A program made the translations under genes and the position numbers. 64,000 nt of DNA from Schmidtea nova. Lineage: Eukaryota. Each line of letters starts with the position of its first letter. Position 1 is the first letter of the stretch. The notes below the pieces were generated by a model that made no database searches, was not told the DNA's origin, and saw only the letters and a list, made by a program, of their open reading frames with translations. Where the stretch lies: contig CM097883.1 in NCBI GenBank assembly GCA_044892505.1, forward strand, positions 190,092,001-190,156,000, given 5' to 3'. This document shows, in pieces, positions 1 to 13,300 of the stretch.

Positions 1-1900
1 TAAGATTGACTTTACCCGCTCCGGGTTAAACCAGGTCGTTTTTACCCGATGGTACTCATCGTTTAACTGATGTAGCCGGCTTTCTAATACTTTAATCCGC
101 GATCTATGTTCCCTGGTTTCTCTCTTGTAAATACGGGTATTATTGTTATCCATCTAAAACAAAAATTTTTTCTTCATTTATGTCTGAGGTGTGGTTCGTT
201 ACGGGCCCATATTTTCCCCTTGTCTCTCGGAACACTACATTGTCGTGATTCTCCCTATCGTTATCGCGTAGGCACTAATTCGTACCGTACTCTCATCACT
301 CCTATCCCATTCACCCTTCTACAGATAAATTCACATCACACCGATGGATTCAAGACACACAGATAGATTCACACAAACAGATAGATTCAAACAACACGGG
401 GATATGTACCATTTATTAATCATAACACAAATCACGATGAAGCTTCCGAACGTTCCACTTAGAGTCATCAAACAAAATCCAGGAGATCTTGATCGAGCTT
501 CCGATCAGCCCACCCGGTTCCATCCGGCAGGTATATTTCAGGACATGGGTTCCAGCACAATCGGTTCCGATAGGCGAAGACTTCCCACAGTCTCGCCTGG
601 TCTTCGTCAGATTGAGGATTCATATCCACGTTACCGGGGGCATGTAGGTAAGGCTGTTTCTCTCCGGTTATCTTACATCTCAACTGATCCATGAGGAGGT
701 ATCCGAGTTGGTAGAAGTCAGATCCTCGTATGGACGGATCGCTGATTATCCATCTTGGTTGTTCGTCGGCATCCTCGAGTTGTATAAACCATCGAGCATT
801 CCTTCGGTCTAGTCCATCTGTTGGTAACAACCATTCGGAGTCGCCTTCCCAACGTATTCGAAATCTGAAGGCCATAATTACTGTTCGGGTTGCCGGGTCG
901 ACGTGCTTGCGTATCCATGCTCTTAGGCGTCGCTCCGCCGATTTCTTTATGGCACTAGGGATAAGTGCGGGATCTCCGGCTTGCCAACGCTGGTTGGTAT
1001 GGCCCTGTCGTCACCTCCTTCGGTAATTCATTCTCTAAAGATAAATATAAAGACTCGCGGAGTATTCTCAACATCATTCAGATATATGCTGTACCAAGCA
1101 TCCCTTCCTCGATCACTCTCATACATCAACATTCCCTCAACATACCTAGAGCATTTATGAAATTCCTGCAATCAATTTACCTGGTTAGTTTCCAGCTTTC
1201 CTTTTATAAATTGGTCGAGTGATAATCCTGTGTTTGATTGATCGTCAATATATACGTCTACCTACCTACTGATATTGATGTTGGTGGTCATACGATAGTA
1301 GCGGACACTACTACACTGATTTAGACATTCGCTGTAGATTATTGTTGTGGGCTGATCATCAGACTATCTCTCACCACATTTCATTCACATATGTATAATC
1401 GAGTTAGACTATCATGCATTTAATTTCATACTACACCAAGCGACGTTTCATTCATGCACAATCTCTAGACATTTGAGTCGATTAAATTTGTTCATATATT
1501 GGGGTGGGTTGTGGGACCTTGTCTTCTGTGATCGACACTAATAATTTGACCCCCTGAGTATTAGGTTCCTTATCTCGACTCGTTAACATTCTACTTCACT
1601 TTCCTATCGATTACACTATCAGATCGCTTACCCTGCTCTAGACAGATACTGGTTCAGACTATCTCGAATTGCTGATTACCTGAATTTGCTCCTCTGCTAG
1701 TTTGCTATTCGAACGAGCTATGTGCACCCTTCCCCTCCCAATTATTTACAACACTTATGGTCTCGCCGCATCAGCACCTCATATGAAAATATGTTGTGCC
1801 GAGAGGCCGAGAATCCCGTCAGATCGTTAGATCTTCGGGACGATCTTTATCGATTTTAATATTATTAGGGTTTAGCCAATCAATAATAATGAAAACAATA
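1..1900. repeat. GC-richer degenerate segment, probably an old relative of the 36-52 kb repeat family
   Basis: Visibly GC-richer than its flanks. It has CA-rich tracts (about 290-440 and 1370-1470). Short matches to the later family: tgatcgtcaatat (~1240, cf. 37126), ttgtgccgag (~1795, cf. ~41456) and the reverse complement of 1815-1855 resembling 43622-43665. Confidence 0.3.
468..875 (-). CDS. Hypothetical 135-aa ORF inside the degenerate element, unknown product
   Basis: ORF track shows an open frame in GC-richer DNA. No motif was recognised with confidence. Confidence 0.2.
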   Translation of the reverse strand: MAFRFRIRWEGDSEWLLPTDGLDRRNARWFIQLEDADEQPRWIISDPSIRGSDFYQLGYLLMDQLRCKITGEKQPYLHAPGNVDMNPQSDEDQARLWEVFAYRNRLCWNPCPEIYLPDGTGWADRKLDQDLLDFV

Positions 1901-2056
1901 ACTGATATACCTTTATTTCGTTTCCAAATTCTTGTTGACAAGTTACAGTTCGTTATCAGGTTGTAACAGAAAATTCACACTCGATAAAAATGACTTGATA
2001 AAAAGTGACCCTCATACTGATTTTGCTTCAGTATTTATACTAAATGGTGTTGCTGG

Positions 2057-2460
2057 CCGGCCAATCAGAATCGAGCATGTGTGCATTTATTGCTAATCAT
2101 TTATGTTCGTCGGTTTCTCTGTATAATTCAATTCGGTAAGTTATTTGTTTAATCATGCATAAATCTTTTGTTATTATTTGCTTTATTTTTTCAGGTTCTT
2201 GGTGATGTCCGCCCACGCCCTGTCAGATTTTCAGATTCTTGTTATTCCGCATGGGTGAGTTCTTATTGTTATTTTCTATTTTGATTTATGCTTTTATTAC
2301 TTTTAGATTCTGCCGCTTATTGCTGGATGCTCGGTGATAGTAATTTATTTTGTTGTTGTTTTTATGTGAATTTATTTTAGTGGTTCTATTTTTCCTTAGA
2401 TGATTGCTGATTTGCCTGGCCCAACACTAATCTTAATACAAGTTGACCCCAGTTAGATGT
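2057..2460 (+). other. Cluster of small exons with ~40-60-nt GT-AG introns downstream of a CCAAT box; possibly a non-coding or 5'-UTR transcript
   Basis: gccaatcag at ~2060. Donors gtaagt (~2136), gtgagt (~2255) and gtaatt (~2340) are each followed by a T-rich tract ending in ttcag/ttag. No long spliced ORF results. Confidence 0.35.
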
Positions 2461-3539
2461 AAATATAAATATTAATTAATTAATTTAATTATTAATATAC
2501 TTCGTGTGGTTATGTGTATTTATTATATCAAAAATAGTAAAAACAACTTTACTTTTCAAAAACTGTTTTTTCAAATCAAATTTTTTATGTATTTTTTACT
2601 GGAAGAACAATACAAGAGTTGAATTTAATAATCCTTGCTGCTTGTCGATGTCTGCAAAAAATCGTTGGATCATGTGTAGCACAACGATCGCTCAAATAAC
2701 TTAACAGAAAATGGTTAAGCAAAATGGATTGATTTTGGCACATCCAGAGAATACTAAAATACAAAACCTTACTTTGTATTCACTTTATTTTAAGTCAAAC
2801 CCCAAAAAGGATTTATCCTTCATTAAAAATACCTTTCCTTTAGATGATCTAAAAATAATAATAATTACTGTATTTTCTGAAACTATTTTTTTCAAATTTT
2901 CCTCTTCCTCTTCAAGAAATTTACTTCGATATTTATATAAATATTTCCCTAATTCTGAAACAGCTGTCTTTATCATTGGTTTAGTTTTAAACCACTCAAG
3001 TCCAATTTCAACAGTACTTCAGTTATTGATTTTTCAAATATTGCGCACTTTAAATCTGAAGTTTAAATCTCTTCTTCGACTAATCTTATTGCTGATTTAT
3101 TTTTGTTTCTCTCCAAAAGTACTTTTCCGTATAAAATTATTTGTCAACGTTCCATTTTTTAAAAATTTATCACTGTGCTCAGTAAAATTATTATCCGTTG
3201 TTCCTCTCTCGAACTAGTATTTATATAATTATTTATTTTATACAAAGTAATTTTGTAAATAATTTTTCTCTTGAAATTTCAAAATCGTTAATATTCATGT
3301 TAATCATGTTCTTCTTTGTATAGAAGTTGATGAGCATGGCGATGAACATGTGTTATTTGGCATGTTTGAAGAAATACTTTATTAATTTCAAAAGTTTTTT
3401 GTTATTGTTTATTTTGTTGTTGTGTCTAGTTTTGCTGCTGCTGGAAGTATTTTTTTAGGAAATCAATATTTTATTAAATAAATTTATAAATTTTAATATT
3501 TAAAAAAATAAAACATTCTTTGCGCAGCCTAACAACTGA

Positions 3540-3858
3540 AATAAGAAGATAATACAAGAAACTGGTACCCAGAAACGGAAAAACTATGAAGCCGGACAAG
3601 CTGCAGCTACTGCAATCAAATCAGAAAATCAAAAAGAATCCGTTCCTAAATTTTTTATACGAATAAGCCAACCCAATAATGAAAGTGAAAGAAACATTGT
3701 GAGTATTGCAACATCAGAAAAGAATAATTGTAAAGAAAGTCATAAAATTACCAACTCTTCTACATGCTACAGGGTGTAAATTTTTATGTTTATCATAAAA
3801 AATGAGGCACCATAAATATATATTACCTAGGGCATCACTATGTCATAAGGTGCCACTG
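3540..3858. mobile_element. hAT-like relic (N-terminal fragment plus a terminal repeat)
   Basis: A GTQKRK-like basic N-terminal stretch near 3565. The end ...ggtgccactg (reverse complement CAGTGGC) is typical of hAT termini. Confidence 0.3.
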
Positions 3859-6800
3859 TTTGCGGGGGAAAAGGTACGACTGGATAGAAAATAAAAAGTT
3901 AACGATGAATATGACAGTTAAAATTTGATGGGGTCTCCAGGTAAACGTAACTCAAAAATAAAATTAATTGAAACAATAAAAATCACCGATAATTCCCTAA
4001 AGTAAATAGCGGTCTACCAAATTAAGGATAATTAGAAAATCTTCAGTCAATCTAGCCCAATAATTACAGTTCTCGGGAACCATTGCGGTCAAGCAATAAC
4101 TCAATTTAATCTGAAAAACACTATAAAGGCGAGATTAAACATAACAAGCGTCAGAACAACAATTGGATTTACAAAAAATTTAGAGTTCGAGAAAACCGAG
4201 TTCAAAGTCAAAGAGAATAAAGATTCGAAAAAGAATGGAGTCAGAAAGTGTCTACAAGTAATAATCATAAATAAGAGCAATTGTTTTTTCTAAAGCATCA
4301 TCGGGTACCTTGTTGTAAACTCAGCCATATTCATTAACTATCATTGATGATTGGTTGTGATTTGTGCTATCCACAGAATTAACAGTTATTTGTTGGGTTC
4401 AAATTATTTAATCAGAGACTTGCGTAGTCAGCCAATTAAATCCTACCTGTGACAATTTAAAGTAAACCCCAAAATATCAATTAATTCGTATTTTTGACCT
4501 ATCCTCTCCTCTGAAAAACATTGATTTTTACTATTTTTGAAATTTTAATTAATTTTGTACATTTTTCATATCTCTCTTAATTTTGTACGACTATGTATAA
4601 CCCCAGCAGATAGATCTAGATTCCAGGACCAACCTTGAATCAATAAATGGATTTTTACGACTGGGCAGCTTTGATGCTAGACATCTAGTTGGGTGTGGGA
4701 CCAAGTGACGGATAATTTTTGTGGAGTAATGGAAGAGAACAAATAGTATCCGGTGGTTAAGACTTACAAACAAGAATTTTCGAAGGAGAATCGGTGTCAA
4801 ATGAAGAAACACGTGATTTTAAACTGCTATAATAATAAGTGTTAAATTTTACCAAGATTTGTGTGACAAATTTTCTTTTAGGCGTTATGAACCTAACGGT
4901 TGATTTTGTCTAATGTTTACTAATATATTTACGTAACTTTTGAAGATAAAAGTTAAGTTTTCCAATATAATTTATGATGTGAAAAAAGTAGTACCACGAC
5001 TTTGTTGTGAACACATACGACGAGAGGGAGTCAGAGTGCATTTATGAAAACATGAATTATAGCCTCATTGAAAGCCACATCACACCATTGGATAATTTCT
5101 TAATAGGACAAAAACATCACTATGTAAAAGCTCCAAGATAATGGAACGGGAGGAATTCAGTCAAGTCAAAGATATAGAAATTCTTGGTAATTACAATTAT
5201 TGAAAAGAATTTACTATTTTAATGAAAATTTTACATTAGTAAATTTACCCTATTTTATGGTTGGCATGGTAACCAATAGCCTTCATTTAACGAGTTTAGC
5301 AGCAATGCATAATTACAAAAAATCATCCAACAGAATATTGTAGTTAAAAGCTATATAAAATATTAATAGCTTAAATTAATCTATTTTATCAACAAAGCAA
5401 GAAAACAACGCCGAATAACGGGGATTAATGATTCAACCAATCCGGATCTAGTATATAAAAAGGACTAATTAGTGAAAAGTTTTCAATAAATTAATGTACT
5501 TTATTTATGATTAAACACAAAAACATTAAAATTGCTTTTAATTTAACAAACTACGATAAAAGTATGAATATGGGATAATATTACTGCTAAAATTATACGA
5601 TACGAAATTCAAAATTTTTCGTAATTATTAGTACGTACACACACTCACACATACAGAGAAATTATTTTTCATTGTTACAGCTTTCGATATTAGCTCAAAG
5701 TTGGGAATTCGTCTTCATTTCCTAGGTTGATGTTAACTCCGTCAACTTGATCTTCTTTTCTCTTCACGGGATAAGGATTTCTATTGAATCTCCCTGAAAC
5801 AATCAAACAAATATACTGGATAATGTTCATTAATTTGACTTTTTTAAAAAGTCTTAGTTCAAAATATATTATTGATTTGGTACATAACCTGGATATTTAA
5901 TCAGACTTCCACAAAGTTTCGGATCGAATTGAATTGTTAGAGATTAAAGAAGCGTAAATCGCAGAAATGGTAATTGATAAGAAACCAAAATGTGTTACTA
6001 GCACGATAGAGACTATTGATTGTCCTAAATTAGCACTAGAATATAAGGACGAGTTTTATATCAGGCAGTCGAAAGCTGGACTGGACTGTGAAAAAGCGGA
6101 AAAATAAATAAAAAACCAGTTGGAAAACTAGATTTTAGAAATCAGTCAAAAAAAATAGAAAGTCCATTAATTGCTGGAGAATAATACGGAGAATGCATGC
6201 AACACCCATGATTCTAGATAAATTGGTAGTTCAAATGAAAGTCGAAATCTAGAAGCAATGAGAAACCTGAAAAAAACTAAAGAAAATTCTAAAAATTTCT
6301 TTTGAAGGCCAATTAAAATATTGTGAACGATGGAGAAAAGCTGATATCTATTGGGAAAGCCTAAACAGATAATATAACATCTAAGACATCGGTCCTAAAA
6401 CTTATTGAACACGGGAACAATTTGAGAAATAAGTTTTTCTTTGCGGACCCCCAAATTTCATTCGTCGATAAACTAACACATAACTAATAACTAATACAGT
6501 GTTTTCAAGAATATGGAAAAATTATTCATTATATTTTTATAATTCATTCAGATACAATTCACAATAAATAAATAATAAATAAAATATTTGGACATAACAC
6601 AAAATTATGTATATTTAATTTTGGAGTAGTTTGAGACGTATAAGGTGTTTAAAAATAAAAGGGAATTTCTAAATTAATAGTTATATTTCTTACGCAATCC
6701 TTCACGAATGTGATCCCAGACCAAATAGTATCAACAGAAAAAAATTATTTTAGGTATACATGGATTTCTATTTCTTTACACAATTTCACTCCGACAATAT

Positions 6801-7202
6801 GTTTTTCACTATGAAACAATTACACTTGCGATTTTCAACACAAAATGCGTTCGCCAAATAAAAAGTTAATTTGCGCGAGTGGAATTGTCAGAGTGAAATT
6901 TTGCTTAGTGGAACAGGCGTAAAATCAAATGGATTGATTCTCCTTTTCGCTCATTCACATGTACTAATTTTGAATTCTTTCGCAATATCCTGAATACTTC
7001 TCACACTTCTCCACAAACATTTGTCAGTAGACGATCAATTTCCGTTACAGAAAAATCATCTTGACAGCGACAAAAAAATTTATATTCTCGCTTGTGACAT
7101 CGATTTTGGCTTTAAGTAACGCGAAATGACAAAAATGACGGAATCGCTAGTTTAGGTTTACATAGACAAATGTGGCCTTTGAAAATTTATACATTTTCAA
7201 AT

Positions 7203-8489
7203 TAGTCAAATCTTGTTACTATGCCGCTCTCGCATTTATCAAGCTTTTACTAGGTTCCAACAAAATTAAATATAAAATAAATTTACTATACCACTCTCTA
7301 TTCTCGCTTATGTCTATATTGTGTAACTGTAAAAAGGCACGAGTTTTTAAAAGCCTATGTTTTTGCACAATGCTCGATTATTATTCACACCCCAAAGGTG
7401 AAGCGATAAATTAAGTCTAATTGCACACAATAACACTTAATACGTACACGCATAGCATGACTGTGTCAAGGTCAAACACGTGATGCTTCTCGCAGATAAC
7501 AACTATTACAAGCCAATCACAAGATGTACAGCGACAGGTCTACAACCGAAGCTAATAAGAGAATATAAAAGCGCGAGCATACATAAACACTCACATAATA
7601 GTGACGTATTTTTTCAAATTCAACCCATATTGTTAGCTCAGAAACGGCGAAGCTTTTCGAGGAAATATTACGTGTGTGGGACGGAAGACTTAGCCAGCAG
7701 GGACGTAGAGTGCTAGTTTGTCTTGATAACTTTGCTGGCCACCCTACCTAGCACGAACTGAACAACATTCAACTAGTCTTCTTCCCATCCAGTATGAAAG
7801 CCAACTCGCAACCAATGGATCAAGGAATCAGAGAAAACCTCAAACACCACTACAAGAAGTTACTGCTGCGTCGCCGACTTGAGGCCATGGATTAAGGAAA
7901 AGAGTTTACACTGCTTGACGCTTTACATATCGCCCGAAGTGCTGGGTTGCAGGTCAGCAAGTCGACGATTAGTAATTTTTTCGCAAAGGCTAAGTTTATT
8001 AACTGCGGTACAGGGTGCGGAGCTGCTCGATATCTGGGAAGCTCTGCCTACCGAGGAAAAGATGCACGAGAACGAGGAGATCGAGCTATCTGACTTTCTC
8101 AAAGCTGATGAGAACCTCGCGACTGGTGAGACTTTTACACTGAAGGATATTGCGGAGGAGATGCTATGCGGTGAAGAGCCGATGTGAAGCAAGGATGACG
8201 ATATAACTGTTGAGGAGAAAGTCGTTTCATTCGAAGACGCTCAGCGCGCTTGGACCACCGTACGGAAGTTCATGCACCAGAAAAGTGGGAAGACGGATGT
8301 GATGCAAGCGTGTGATCAATTAGATAACGAGATGCATGTGATCCGCCAAAAGAAGATGTGCCAACCGACAATTCTTGAGAACTTTGGTCGGATAAATAAC
8401 TTGAGAAAATAAATCTATTTTTACAAACCCTCGTTACTATGCCACTCTTGCTAGATCTTGACAGGTGGCATAATAACGAGATTTGACTG
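7203..8489 (+). mobile_element. pogo/Tigger (CENP-B/Jerky-type) DNA transposon remnant, internally deleted
   Basis: Imperfect TIRs: tagtcaaatcttgttactatgcc (7203) versus the reverse complement cagtcaaatctcgttattatgcc (ending 8489, followed by TA). Decayed transposase motifs ...MKANSQPMDQGI (~7795-7830) and the C-terminus LSDFLKADENLATGETFTLKDIAEE...QPTILENF. Confidence 0.75.
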
Positions 8490-9733
8490 TATATTAGAAT
8501 AAAGCCTCTACCGTACAAGCTTTATTTGAATTATTTTAACTTAATCCCGTTGTTTAGGATGACTAAATAACATTCTAAAATGAATAAAAATGATTGGGTA
8601 AAAATGGGTGGAATAAATGGTGAGATGTTTTAGAATTCTGAAAAGAAGGAATTAGAGCAAGAAAAAAAAGTTCATTTTTAATTAATAAGTATAAAAGGGA
8701 AAAAGGAATTAAAAAATTGAAAACAAAAACAAGAGGACAAATCAAAACTCGGCAACTTGTCAGGGAAAATGAATTTGTAAAGAGAAAAATAGGTAAACAT
8801 AAAAAGGAAAATAATCAAAAATAATGTCTCGAAAGCTGCAGGCAAGAAACAAAAATAATAAAGGAATTTGTAGAGTCGAAATAGAGTTGAATTATTGAAA
8901 ACGTGGAATCAAAGGAAAATTAAAGATTAAATTAAACGTAGCAAAACAAAAATTAAACGAATAAGAAAAGAGCAGAAGCCTATCGAGTAAATAATCCGAG
9001 TTAAAGTACGAAAACAAACAAACAAATTGTCAATTATTGAATCCGAGGTAGCAGTGAGTGTTAGCTTACTCAAGGTGCTGAACAAAAGAGTGCTACTACT
9101 CACGTAGTGTTGTAATAAGCACTGTATAATGATCGATATATTGTCTGAAAATTGTTATTTTTCGGGTCAAATAAAACACTATTGGAGCCAGAGAAGTAAT
9201 TGGTAATTTTATAATTTACTAACAACCCAACACTATAAATCGAGTCCTCAAAAGGTTTAAAATCACAGAGCTTCAGTTAGAAATGCGCTGTTTTTACATT
9301 ACACTATCCAGTAACTGTGGAACCGAGCAAGGTGGGCAAGAGGACCCAAAGAATCAGAATGTCTTTTTGAATAAAAAAATATTACAGGTTGAAAAATAAC
9401 TGGAATAAAGACTGGAATAAGATGTGAAAGGATTTACAACTTTTACCAGACCTAATATTTCCAACAATACACAACACTAGACCAGGGTGTCCAAGGATCA
9501 TAGAATGCTTGGCCAAAAATCTAAGATAACAAAAAATGCTGGCCACAAAAAAATTTAATCCAATTCAATCCACGAACCAACGGGCCTTTACCTATGGTGG
9601 TTATAAATAGCCATGGAAATGAGTTTGTTCTTTTGATAAATTTGCTTTTATGTAAAAATAGTTCAATTCAAATTCGTTTAAATGTAAAGTTTAAAATAAC
9701 AAATTAACATATACATGCATATAATAATAATTA

Positions 9734-10307
9734 TTATAAATAATGTGTAGCCTCACCTCTTCCCCTATTGAAATCCCGACCTCTGCCATATGTACTAAAA
9801 TCGGAACCCCCTCGAGACCGTCCGCGGTCTCCCGAGGATGAATTATCACTACGATATTTATTTTCGGTTTTATAATATCCCCTAGAAAAGTTTCTATTTT
9901 CAACAGTAGTCTGTTCGAAATTGTTCGAGTCTCCTCCATATTCAGTATTTCGACTGAACCGAATAGCCAATGGAATCGATTGCTTTTGCCGACCATGTTG
10001 ACTTTCATGATTCTCGTGGTCATCACCTTGTTCTTCAACTAATCGACCTTTTCGATACTCTTCCATTCCACTGAAAACATCCTGACCATCATTTGCCTTC
10101 CGCGTTTCTTTTCCCTCCTGGCTACTAATTACCTTTTCTTTACTATGTAGCGCCCGATATTCTTCTAGGGTCATGTGCTCGTTTGTTGGCTTCAATTCAA
10201 CTGGGTCATCCTCTATTTCGCCCCAATTAGACTTTTTAAAATCGTTGAAATCTGATTCGGTAACTCCAGCGGTATTGATAATTGGTTCATTGTTATTTGA
10301 TTCAGGG
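9734..10307 (-). CDS. SERBP1: SERBP1-like exon 7 (HABP4 domain core plus C-terminal RGG)
   Basis: Acceptor caattag at 10308. The frame is open through [16 protein letters not shown] and [11 protein letters not shown] to a stop at 9734. It extends ORF 9734..10195 upstream. Confidence 0.72.
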
Positions 10308-13300
10308 CTAATTGAAGAATTGATTTGATTTAATTAAAATATTAATTACGGTAAAATTTTGCCTATAAAGAGCACATTGATTTGGAATCATTAAAGTATT
10401 TCGAAAATCAATATCAATATATTGATCAAATTAATTTTTTGAATCATTAAATTATCTCGAAAATTTATATATTGATCAAATTAATTTTCTGAATTGTGAG
10501 GTAATTTCGACAGAGATTTAAATATTTCGGATGATTTATCGGAATAGTTTAAAATGAATATAGAATTGAAATTAAAAATAAATATAAGTTTTTATTATAA
10601 AGTAGTTAAAAGAATAATTTTAGGGGTAATATTAGTTTGGCCATATTTAAATTAAATTTTGTTCTTCATTTAACTAACTTTGGCCTTTAAATTAATTACA
10701 GAGGACATTAATTAAATTACTCAGCATACTACCACATACTAGCCCTTAATATTATTACTTTGGGGAAAATCTTAATTAAAATGTTTATGAAATTTATTTG
10801 TAAAAATATTAAATTATTAAATTAAACTTTATTGGGTATTTAAATTAAAAAGTACAATTTGTTTCTCTACCATTTATAGTTGATTCAGAAAAAAATACAA
10901 GAAATGAACAACAGCGGTGATTATGAGCAGTTGGAAGAGTTCCATTCTGACGATGAATCATCATTGGTGGAAACAGGATGCCAATCAAAGAAAACACGAA
11001 GAAATAGAACTTGGTTAACTATTGAGGTCTTTAAAAACAGAGAAGAAACAATGGAATGGCTGAATAAAAACACAATCTGGACATTTCGTAATAGGTATGA
11101 AACTGAAGCAGGAAAAAAAGAAGTTTATCGTTGTAATCAAGTAAAAAAAGTTGGCCAACAGTGCGACAAAGCCTTACAATTTTAATACAACAGTCACAAT
11201 GAAACTGTTATCCATTTTGAAACAACTTGCAAGCACAATCATGATGAAATTTTGAAAAAACAAGAAAAAATTGGAATTAACGAAGTCACCAAAGATTCCA
11301 TTAAGAAACAAGTTGAACTTGGAATCAAAAAGCCAAAATCAATCAGTGCTAATCTTGCAAATGAACTTCTTACAAATCCTGGAATCAAAGTCCCAAATGA
11401 CCGCCAACTTCACAACTTTTTGCAGACATTAAAAAAGTCCAATCAAAAGAGCATGAATTTTGGCCAACTCATCATTGTCTTGAATCAATATGCGTATGTC
11501 CCTGATCCTGATGAACCTGACAAACCATTTATTCTACATCAACTAAAAATCAGCAGTGAGGATGACCAAGAAACATTTCCATCAAATAAATTTAACTTTC
11601 CAATTGAAAAGGAATCATTTCGGTTTTTTATTACAACAAGGCGCCTGTTGTCAATTGCAGCAACATCAAAGTTTATCCACGCCGATGGCTCCTACAAATT
11701 AATCTGGAACAATTTTCCAGTCCTCATTTGTGGCACAAGTGACAAGGACAAAGTCTTCCATCCATTTGGAATTGCTGTATGTACCAACGAAAAAGAACAT
11801 GATTTCCAATTTATGTTTGAAAGTCTACAAGTTGATCTTGAATTGACTGGACTGCCAACATTGCCAACTGATGGGTCGATAGCCCTGATTGCTGATGCAG
11901 CACCTGCTATCACAAATGGTTTCAAAGCAGTCTTTTCCTTTGAGTCAGACTTCAAGCGTCGAATGTGCTGGTTTCACATGAAGAAAGCAGTTGACAAGCA
12001 CTTGTCTATTTTAGCTGACAAAGATTTACAAGAAGCCATGTTAAAAGACATATACGTATTGCAATTAGCAACCTCCGAACATCAATTCAATGTTGCCACC
12101 AAGTTGTTCATTCAGAAATACAGCTCAAATCAAAATGTTAACATGAAAATGTTTCTCCAATATTTCAACAATGAATGGCTTGTCCGCCATGTTGGCTGGT
12201 ATGAAGGTTATTTAGAAGATAGTCCTTCAACAAACAATGGCTTGGAAGCAATCAACAGTACTCTCAAGAAAGAAGAAACGTTTAGAGTTAGAATGCCATT
12301 AGGCGAATTCCTTACAAAAGCAGCTGGAGTTACCAAAAGCTGGTCAGAAAAACGAGATCCTAATTCACCCAATCATCCAAAGATTGTTGTCAATGAACCA
12401 ACCATACACACAAAAGATTTCACAGCAGCATACAATTGGTTAAAAGAGACTGTTATCATTCAGAAGAATAGTATTAGGTCCCAGAAGTTCTTTTTCAAAA
12501 GCCAAAAATCAACTTTTCAGGCAAACAGTACTTCAGTCCAGAATTATTGTGATGCAATCAGATCATCAGATTTTGAATCATTTGACCAATATCATCGTAC
12601 ACATTTCTCAATTTGGCAAGTTGAATTTCTGACAAATACAAACGAAAACAACTGGAAAAATGCTAGGTGTTCATGTCCTGCGTATCAAAAAAATTACATT
12701 TGCAAACATGTCATTGGTTTATCGGCACGACTCAAATTTGTTACCATTCCAAATTTAGCAAAGACTGTTCCAATTGGAGAGAAACGGAAAAGAGGTCGTC
12801 CAAGTCTTGCATTGAAGGCTTTGGAGTACCAGCCAGTCACAACTCAAATCAAAACCAAAACTTTGCTCACAAATGTAGAGCAAGGACCCCCAGAATATGA
12901 TACAGATATTCAACCAGCCAAAAGACGCCGTGGAAGACCGTCAAAGAAATTGGAATGTATCGAAAAGTCACAAAAGTGTTGAATCCTTTAAAGTTTGCTT
13001 TAATTCTATAATTTGTTTTATTATGCATTTATATATAAATTTATTTACTTACTCACATTATCATATTTTATCTAAATTTTTAGCCTGAATAAATTCATGA
13101 AATACATTTTTGTCATTTGCAATAGAACTCCTCTATTTATATATTTTTTATCAATACCTTAATCATTTAATGACCGAAGTAAAAATATTGAAGACCATTT
13201 TTCTTTTTATTTAATGGCCAAGTTTTTTTCAATTTAAGGGCCACAGTAATAACATTCATCACCTAATAATATTTTAATTAAGGCCATGTAAAATTTAAAT

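Noticed and set aside
1-60. piggyBac-like terminus (gggttaa, tttacccg)
   Set aside because: Too short, at the window edge, and no partner or transposase is nearby.
468-875. EWLLPTDGLDRRNARW as the gypsy RNase H C-terminal motif
   Set aside because: The resemblance is weak. There is no upstream DAS/ELLA/TDH or downstream ADALSR.
2620-3450. Coding-like minus-strand fragments (ELGKYLYKYRSKFLEEEEE etc.)
   Set aside because: Multiple stops and no recognisable family.
3870-7100. Possible decayed retroelement or transposon coding relics
   Set aside because: Purine-rich and coding-like, but no motif could be assigned with confidence.
10350-10362. 13-nt micro-exon with good splice sites just before SERBP1-like exon 7
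   Set aside because: Inclusion shifts the frame to an immediate stop, so it was left out of the model.
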